Part shown: positions 54,126 through 64,000 of the stretch, one piece after another | Numbering within the stretch: the first letter of the stretch is position 1 | Layout: each line of letters opens with the position of its first letter | Assembly (NCBI GenBank): GCA_951406725.2 | Contig: OX597815.1 | Location: forward strand, 140,802,001-140,866,000 | From: Octopus vulgaris | Lineage: Eukaryota | Reading direction: 5' to 3' | Length of the DNA stretch: 64,000 bases | Notes under the pieces: generated by a model | What the model was told of the DNA's origin: nothing | Database searches by the model: none | The model's input: the letters and a program-made list of their open reading frames with translations, nothing else | Program-made: the position numbers and the translations under genes

Positions 54126-57100
54126 TAGAATGTACATGCATGCACACGTACCTATATGCGATTTTGTAGGTTAGGGGTGTACAATGACTATTGTGTGCGG
54201 TTCTATTCGCAATCCCATATGTTTATTGTCAGATGTTTCATCTAATTATAAACAACTGTTCTCTGACAGGTACTTATTTGCTTATACGATGCCGTTTCCT
54301 TGAAATACGCTACAAGTATAAAAGAAATGAAGAAATAATGAAGGAAAAGAATATTTACATATTGTAGAAATACGCTTATTGTTGTAACTCGGATTAACTC
54401 TAGATTATAAATTAGTAACTGCTTTAATATATTTCCTGAATCTTGCCAACTTATATCATTAGAGTAAAAGCCTATTGTTCGTGCAGATTTAGCCTCAATA
54501 AACACTGCAAATTGGACTATAATTAAAATATCGATCACTAAACGCATTAAAGTGCACATATGGTTATCAAAGACGATCGATAGTTTATTTTGGTACATTT
54601 AGTATAAATAATTTTGGGAAACAAGATTTCAATTTAAATATATTTCAAATGAGAAAACATGTTTTAGAATTCATTTTAAATTTGAATTTATTGATTCATT
54701 CTTATTTATTTCGCACAGTATTTTGTTGTTAATTTGTTTAAAATTCTAAACGACGTTTTATAATTAGACACTCATCCATCAAAATACATCTGCTCGTCTT
54801 GAAATTAATAGTATGAATTAAACTATAACTTCCATAATGAATGTGATCTGATTGTTTGCTTTATGAAAGCACATTAATTGTGAGCTATGCACTTCCAATA
54901 ACTTTACAGAATAAATCGCCTGACTGACACCTTGTTATTCTGCAATTTCACTCTTCACTGACTTTGAAACATACATCTAACTGGTGACAGCAGAGAACCG
55001 AGCAAAAAGCTTTGCGATATAAATCTACCTTTGTTTATCTTTTGACCTGAGAAAAGAAAATGCCTGTCAAGTATCGGAATAATATATATACTCGACTACA
55101 AACTTCACTTTAAATGTGTGCGTTTTTGCCAATGATAGAAATTATTTCTAGTTGATATTTCCTACTAAAGTATATATAACAGGAATAAGCCTTGGCTAAT
55201 ATTGCGCATTTGTTGCAGTTGCTATAATATTCATAAATCATGAGAATGGTCTTGTCAGAGTTTTGCTTTCAGTGGCCATTCTAATAAGGTTAACCTAGTT
55301 TTGAAAATCTCATTTTGAGTAAAGTTGGATACCCATGAAAAACAAATACTTACGTTTATATACATTTATATACAGTAGTTCCATCTGTTATTTCGATGTC
55401 CAAGTTGTCCAATGAACCATACTATGCTTCATTTTATCTTCAAGGGATGAAATGAGAGGTGGTGTATTCAAGAACAATCAGAGCATCAGTCAATATGCTG
55501 CGCACTCTGACTTCAAATACCCACCTAAGTTAGCTTTGGGTTAACGCATCCCAGAAGTGATAAAATAAAGTAGAGGTGACGGAGTATTATCGATTGAATC
55601 ACTTGTTGCTAGTGTTTTATCGGATTTGTTCAAACAGAGATTACAACTGAGAATCGCCGATGATCATTTTTATTGCAGGTCCCACTGTAATTTTAAATCC
55701 TATGAGATGACAGCGTTCACGAAACTTAAAAGACCACTGTGACTGTTAGTGAGGAAGAGGAAGGGGAAGGTATATAAAGACTGATGCCTTGGCACGAATA
55801 CTTGTAATAGAATGGACTCCCTAAAGGCACCGATACGTCAGGTAATGGTATGGAACTTTATGACTGATTATATCTCTCGACCAACTAAACTATGGCAAAA
55901 CACATGAAGGCAGAACAAATATTAAACAATGTTCTCCCAGTTCTACCGTTGCATCGCCTAATTCATACTATTTTATTTGAGCTGATGTAAAATTGAATTC
56001 AACAGGGCTTCAATTGAAGTGATTGCGCAACGATTCGGATCAAATACCACGAGGCATTTTATACAACTCTTTAATGATACTGCTCTCTATGGTTGCAGGT
56101 TGCTTTCAACATCAAACAGGCTTAGTTTCCATCTGGAGGACTGTGGCTGCCAAAAAGAAAAAGAGGTATCGTTACAATGTCATCATAAAGCAATCGAACA
56201 ACCTCATATGGATTTTATGATTAGCTAAATATCTCTTTTATCTATCATCGTATCCGTAGCAAGTTGTCAGAAAAAAATTATTTGATATATTTCTTCAGAA
56301 GACATTTAAATATTCGTATCTTACGATGACTGGTGGTTCTGACTGTAGGTGTTTGACTACCATGGAGGATTTTGTGTGTCGTTATATATTATGAGTGCTT
56401 AGAAAACCTATCGCAGAAATTTGTGTGGACATATAGAGACATCTCATGAAGAAAAGCATGTTTAAGATGTTGTTATTTTCATTATGGTTCATTTTGAAAT
56501 GAGACATTCGTGTTCTGTAGAAGAACAATATTATGAGTTCAATCAACTAAGTTTACTAGTAATATTGAATCAGCGGATATTTAGAGAGAGGAAAAAACGA
56601 AAATATCACGGGATTTGAACTCAAGATTCACCAGACAACGTGACATATTCTACACGATTGCTTAAGCTGCTAGTAACAGCAACCAAATTTCCTTGAAATC
56701 AAACACGTGTTACATTCTCAGAAAAGTACACATTTTCTATAGTGATGTTCGGTTCATGAACGTAGGAAAAATGAGATGGTAACACCTAAAATTCCATTCA
56801 TCATAGGTCTACTCAGTCAGGGTTTATCTGGGGCGAGCAATAAAAACCGCTTCACGTTTAAAGAAATGTACCTCACTTTTGTAAAATATTTTCACCCAGA
56901 CACTTTTTTCATTCCCATTGCTTCATAAATGTTTCTTCCTTCAGGATTTAATGTAAAATCTTGCTTTCTTTTTTCATAGTTTTTGATGAATTCATAGCTT
57001 ATTTGGGGGCCACTTTGAATGTCATTTATACAAACGTTTGCAGGATTGGGTGTGACATTTATATACATTCTGACAGCAATTGTGTGAAGCTTACACATAC

Positions 57101-58921
57101 TTTCAGAACGCATTGTGTCAAGTCTGCACATATAAGGCTAGAATGACATCTATATTTCCGAATACTTTTGTTCACATTATTGTTTCATTGTGATTACCAT
57201 ATTTTGCATGAACTACAGAATTACATTAGAAGAGATATGCTCCTTTATAACTAAGATGCTTAAAGCTTCGATCATATATTCATAATGCTTTACGAATATT
57301 AACTGACCGTATCGTTCATGCATTAATATAAAACTAAAAACGTATTGGAGAATTTGTTTTCTGGTATAGTCAGAGATATGTGATAGACCAAAATACTTTG
57401 TTGTCAATCACCTCGTGTTTACATAGTTTTCTCTTATTCCTAAAGGAAAGTAATTTTCACTCAATTGAAGCTACAAAAATAGGAAGTCAAACCAAATTTG
57501 TGGCCTTAGAAATAAAAGAGGACAGTAGGAAAAAATCTATACAGAATAAATTGTTTAAAATGAAAATCAATATTAAAAAAAAATATTTTAAACACGCCAT
57601 CATTTGAAATAATTTTATTTAATCTCTGAAAATATATTGTGCAATATTGAAGTAATGCAAAGCTTTTAGGTTAGTGCTAAGGCCGAGCATTTGCCTTTGG
57701 TCAGAACAAATATTGTGACATAGCATTACAATTATGGTGATACATTATCAAATATTTGTTCAATGTCAGATATGTAGGTGATGTACACATCATAACTAAG
57801 GTTAAAACTAATTGATATTGAGTGGCATTCACTACTTTAGATGCTTTTAAAGAATAGGAACTGATCCAAAATAACTTACATATCTCCTTTGAATGAAAGA
57901 TGTTGAAGACTTACGGATTAATTGTGTTCGAGCCAATATAGTTTGCTGGCTTATTTTCTAAAGTTATTGGTTATGTCGGTGTAGCCAAGAATACAAGAAG
58001 ACTTTTGAACTTCAGATGCAGTTATTTACTGTTGATACAGTTCATAAGAACTAATGCACATACACTTAAACTTAGTTTTATAACGCAGAAACCAAGCAAG
58101 AGCTATATTTGCACTGGACCATATAATTACTTGTGTTTTTGCATCGTCTTTTCACATTTTTACTCATGTGTTTCTCAGATAATGACAATCGACCCAGCCT
58201 ACTATCAAATAGCAGTAAACATGCCAATAATGAACCTGTCATACAGAAGGTTAGGTCATCATGGACAAGAAATATTGAAAGACTGGAATTTTCCCGTCGA
58301 AATAACCTTTAATTAATTCAAAATGAAACATGAAATATTTTGAGAACATGAACTGTGATCACAGCTGTGTATATAGTAAAACACTCACACAACACAGACA
58401 CACACATACACACAGGGGTATATAATATACATGCGTGTGTGTGTACGTCTCTGTGTGTTTCTGTGTGTCTGTGTGTGTATGTGTTTGTATGTGTTTGTGC
58501 GTGTCTACGTTAATCTGATAGAATATTCAAGGAAATTAAAATCTAAGGTATACTCAACGAAAGTTGTACAAACAACTATGGAATAAATACGTTAATTTAT
58601 TACAGTTTTATTGTTCGCTACAAAATTTCTGAGAAGGAAATCTTCCCGCATATAGGAAACGAATTGTGACACGAATGACATGTGTCAACGAGCGAAACGT
58701 ATGAGAGAACATGTTGCATGAAGTGCTTGATAGTCTACATTTTGATATATATACACTTATACATATACAGACAAACAATCACACGGTAAATAGTGACACA
58801 AATGAACTGTAATATATGAATATACGCTTCTATAATAATGACGCATTATATATCTTAATATTAATATTATATATCATAAAAATATATTAAGACATTCAAA
58901 AGTTTATTTATTTATTTATTT

Positions 58922-59937
58922 AGCGCATTCTTCTCAAGCAACTCTGCCGCTCGGGACCAAACTTATGCGACTTCATTACAACAAAGGCGTTCTATAGAGG
59001 ATTAGTGAAGGAAGGTGCGACGACGTTCTCGCGCAGAATCTGGGCTCGATGAGGAACACCCGACCGGCCTGTTCAGAACAACTTTCGGGCCGGGACCTAT
59101 GTACAGTCAACAAAGATCCCTGGCCTGGCAGTGCTATCGAGAAGCATTACCTGTTCGGGATAAGCTCCACAGGCACGGTTAGAGACACATTGGACCGACT
59201 TGCCCGAGATGCGGTCAGAGCGACGAAACCGTTCTGCACGCATTCGTGCAGTGTCCAACCATTTAAGACATGTGGGCTTATGCCGAACGGCTGCTGTCAC
59301 GTGTGGGACGAGTTCGCCTGTCGGCCGAGTCTATCGTGGTAATTGCTCCGCCCCATTCCCTCAACCGGGAAGGCAAGGTAGTTTTCAACGTACTGGTTGC
59401 CATGGTGAAAGAATGTGTGTGGTGGACCCGAGCGAAAGGATTACAGACAAACAGTTATCTCTCTGGTCAATCGCTCATCAACATTTTCAAGTACCACTTG
59501 AAAAGGAAGCTGAGAATGGAGAGGCAGGTTTTGTCGCGCGAAAGTTTCAAAAAAAGATGGGTGAATGTAGCAAAGATGGTGCGTGCGAGTGACGAAACCA
59601 CGTAAAAGAGAGAGAAAGAGAGAGAGAGAGAGAGCACTTTGCTCTCATGTGCTTATTTCCTCCCTGACTGAGGTTGCTGTGGTCTTTTCTGTAGGCTTTT
59701 CTTCCCACGGATGAACCTAATCTTGTTTCTTACTGTTAAAACAGTTTGTTTCTTTGATACACGATCACTTTTGATCGATTTTCTTTTCTTTTTCTTTTTT
59801 TTTTTCGATCCGTTTTGATCAGAATTTTACATTTGTTTCCATTTTTGTTCCTTTTTTATTTTTCCATCTTCGAAAAGAAAAGCTTTACATTTCTATTTGT
59901 CCCCTCTGTATTCAGCCCTGTGTGGCCAATAAAGAGA
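58922..59937 (+). mobile_element. Tx1/L1-like LINE 3' fragment (ORF2 C-terminus and 3' UTR)
   Basis: YREALPVRDKLHRHG, RCGQSDETVLHAFVQC (Zn knuckle), KECVWWTR...SFKKRW. T-rich 3' UTR ending ...gtggccaataaag, followed by (TATC)n. Confidence 0.8.
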
Positions 59938-59939
59938 GT

Positions 59940-59969
59940 TATCTATCTATATAAATATCTATCTATTTA

Positions 59970-60051
<82 letters not shown>

Positions 60052-60141
60052 AATCTATCTATCTATCCATCAATCTATCTATCTATCTAGCCATCCATCT
60101 ATCTAGCTAGGCATCCATCCATCCATCCAGCCATCCATCCT

Positions 60142-60182
<41 letters not shown>

Positions 60183-60190
60183 ATATCTAT

Positions 60191-60262
<72 letters not shown>

Positions 60263-60342
60263 ATATATATATCTAGCCATCTATCTATTTATGTATGTAT
60301 GCATGTATGTATGTATGTATGTATCTATCTATCTATTTATCT
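59940..60342. repeat. (TATC)n/(CATC)n compound microsatellite
   Basis: Direct inspection. Confidence 0.95.
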
Positions 60343-60892
60343 ACAAAGAAACAGATAGAAGGAAATAAAACATGGAAATACATGCGCAAATGCGCACTCG
60401 CAAAAATGTAGATATATTTACACAATCTAATATCTTCTCACATATAAACATATACAAATACTTACATACACAGATGCATTTCAAAGGTTTTAACTGGCTA
60501 TTTAATCAGTGGTGAGCAGGTTTCTGTCCTGTTCTTAATATAGGGAAAATCATATTATATTTTCATTTCCAGGCGTGTTGTTGATGTAAACAGGTATCAT
60601 TCTAGTTAAAATTCCTAATAAAATAGGTTTAATGACAAGTTTCAAAATTCAAGTTTCAAAATTAGGTAACAAAATTACAAATGGTTAGACTGATGAAGTG
60701 AGGATGACCACGAAATGAAACAAATGTGAAAATTAAGAACAACGAAAGAAGTTTAAGAGTGAAGCCAGACGGAAAACAGCTAGAAGAGAATTGTGGATAT
60801 TGTCTTGCATTGAAATAATCTCGCTACAGAAAGACAGCTGGAAGGAGATAATTTTGTGTAATGTATGTGAGATTTCATTATTGCCATAGTTA

Positions 60893-61328
60893 TATTCTTT
60901 TCTACCCTAGGCACAAGGCACGGAATTTTGCGAGTGAGGGCGCAGTCGATTAGACCGACACCAGTAGGCAACTGGTATTTAATTTATCGACCCCGAAAGG
61001 ATGAAAAGCAAAGTCGACCTCGGCGGAATTTGAACTCAGAACGTAAAGACAGATGATATACCGCTAAGCATTTCGCCCGGCATGCTAACGTTTCTTATTT
61101 CTTTTCTGCCCACAAGAGGCTGCACACAGAGGGGACAAACAAGGACAGACAAACCGATTAAGTCGATTACATCGAGTCCAGTGCGTAACTGGTACTTAAT
61201 TTATCGAAACTGAAAGGATGAAAGGCAAAGTTGACCTCGGCAGAATTTGAACTCAGAACGTAACGGCAGATGAAATACAGCTAAGCATTTTTCCCGGCGT
61301 GCTAACGTTTCTGCCAGCTCACCGCTTT
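60893..61328 (-). mobile_element. Tandem dimer of SINE family A with two different tails
   Basis: Upstream unit (61328-61096) ends in the Tx1-like tail gtcccctctgtg...cttgtgggcag. Downstream unit ends in gccttgtgcctagggtagaaaagaat. Confidence 0.88.
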
Positions 61329-62892
61329 ACTGCCATAGATAGTTACATTGAATGTGTACATGAGATTATGTTCGATGTAGTATTTTTATGCGGGGTGACA
61401 ATGCATTTATATATTTGAATTTATGTAGGCTAAAGTATTAGTATGGTATCGCCAAAAGGAAAAGAACGGTTGCTTCGTAAATTACAAGTCTAAATGTATA
61501 AAGTTAGTTTAGAGATTAGAATTTTAGAGAAATATCTAATTTTAAGAAATTTATAGGTCTATCATGTATATACCAGTCTAGCATGTTTTATTTTCCATAC
61601 TGAATGTGAAAAATAAAGTACATGTGTATACTATTTGTCTGTACAAGCGCTCGAGTGTGTGTGGGTATATATGTTATTGTGTAGGAAATTGTAGACTTAT
61701 TAAGCTATTTATTTGTGTGGAATTGTAAAAGTAATGACTTCATAAACTGGTGAATGTAGTTTAGGGTTTCTCAGAAGTAATTATTTAAGTGAACTATCTA
61801 ATACTGATACATAATTGTCGATAGAATTTGAATGTGTGCATGTATATGTGTGTATGTATATCTGTCTATCTACCTATCTATCTATCCATCTATCTAACTA
61901 TCAATCAATCTGTCTCTCTCACTCTCTCTCTCGCTCTCCATATATATATAAATATATGCACATGAACGCACGCATGCACACATATAGTGTGAGTGGAAAA
62001 CCACAGAAATAGGAGCGGAACTCATTTAGTGAGAGTTACGCATACACATACACACACGCAGGCACGCATAGAACACACAGACAGACAAACAGACACACGC
62101 AGACAGGCACACACACAGACACACATATACACACACATATCACTCTCTAATACTTAATGCGTGTGGGCTGTGAAACTCAAGTAACTGCGGTATTTCTACC
62201 AAGAGGTAAAGACGTATAATTTAAAAACGCAATTTACTTTAACGCTTGACGAAGCGTAACCGCTCCGAAATTGATCGACAGCATCGGATATCGACATTTC
62301 GTACTTTCTACTGCCAAACAGTGCCGTGTACTTACCTCAATTTCAAATTCAGTTCTTAAATGCCTACTTCACAAATACACTTTAAAATCTATAAGCTGAT
62401 GAGCGCTAACGCCGCACAAGTAGAACTAAATGAAAATTGTGTTAGAAGGAGCTCGATATTGTTACCATTATCAGTATCACAAACTTAATATACGTGGGTT
62501 ACTAAAGTCTCGTAATTACGGTATTTCATCTAAAGAGGTAATGCGTTCAAAAACACTGAATAAGTCAAGCTTAGACGAAACAAAACTTCCTCGGAAGTGA
62601 ACGAGAATTAAAGTAGTAGGATAATGATGTCTATTTCGAATATCTTTAGGAACTGGGGGAAATAGACGTCGTAGTAGGGCAGCAAAAACTATGAAGTATC
62701 AATAACTGTGGTTCTAGCGCACATGCGGTACAATTTCGTTTCGCCAAGTTTTGAGTGTTTACTATGTTTTTAACAGCAGAAATGTTACAAGGGACATCCC
62801 TTAGAGGACATAAGTTAAACATTAGCCTTTAACAACGCATAAAACGTTGGGATTAGTAACAAAGATTGTTCAGCCGATGTCGTATTAAACTT

Positions 62893-64000
<1,108 letters not shown>

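Noticed and set aside
62240-62415. ttgacga...gaaa and ctgatgagcg as hammerheads
   Set aside because: Stem I/III or GAAA is missing.

Overview
AT-rich, microsatellite-dense animal genomic DNA. The repeat content strongly suggests a coleoid cephalopod, probably Octopus; this is an inference. No complete or recognisable protein-coding gene is present, and most ORFs in the track are microsatellite artefacts. The window is mostly decayed mobile DNA: RTE, CR1-like, Tx1/L1-like and R4/Dong-like LINE fragments, Penelope-like elements, mariner, Tc1, Tigger and hAT transposons, and at least three tRNA-derived SINE families. The most notable signals are several minimal type-I hammerhead-ribozyme (HHR) motifs. 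One sits in a tRNA-headed SINE-like unit arranged as a head-to-head dimer (42.8-43.4 kb). One has a G3:C8-swapped core inside a perfect 147-bp-arm palindrome (21.3-21.6 kb). A repeat family carries an A6U core in two copies. SINE/LINE shared 3' tails are visible within the window. A few candidate spliced exons exist at low confidence, including one with a single in-frame UGA.
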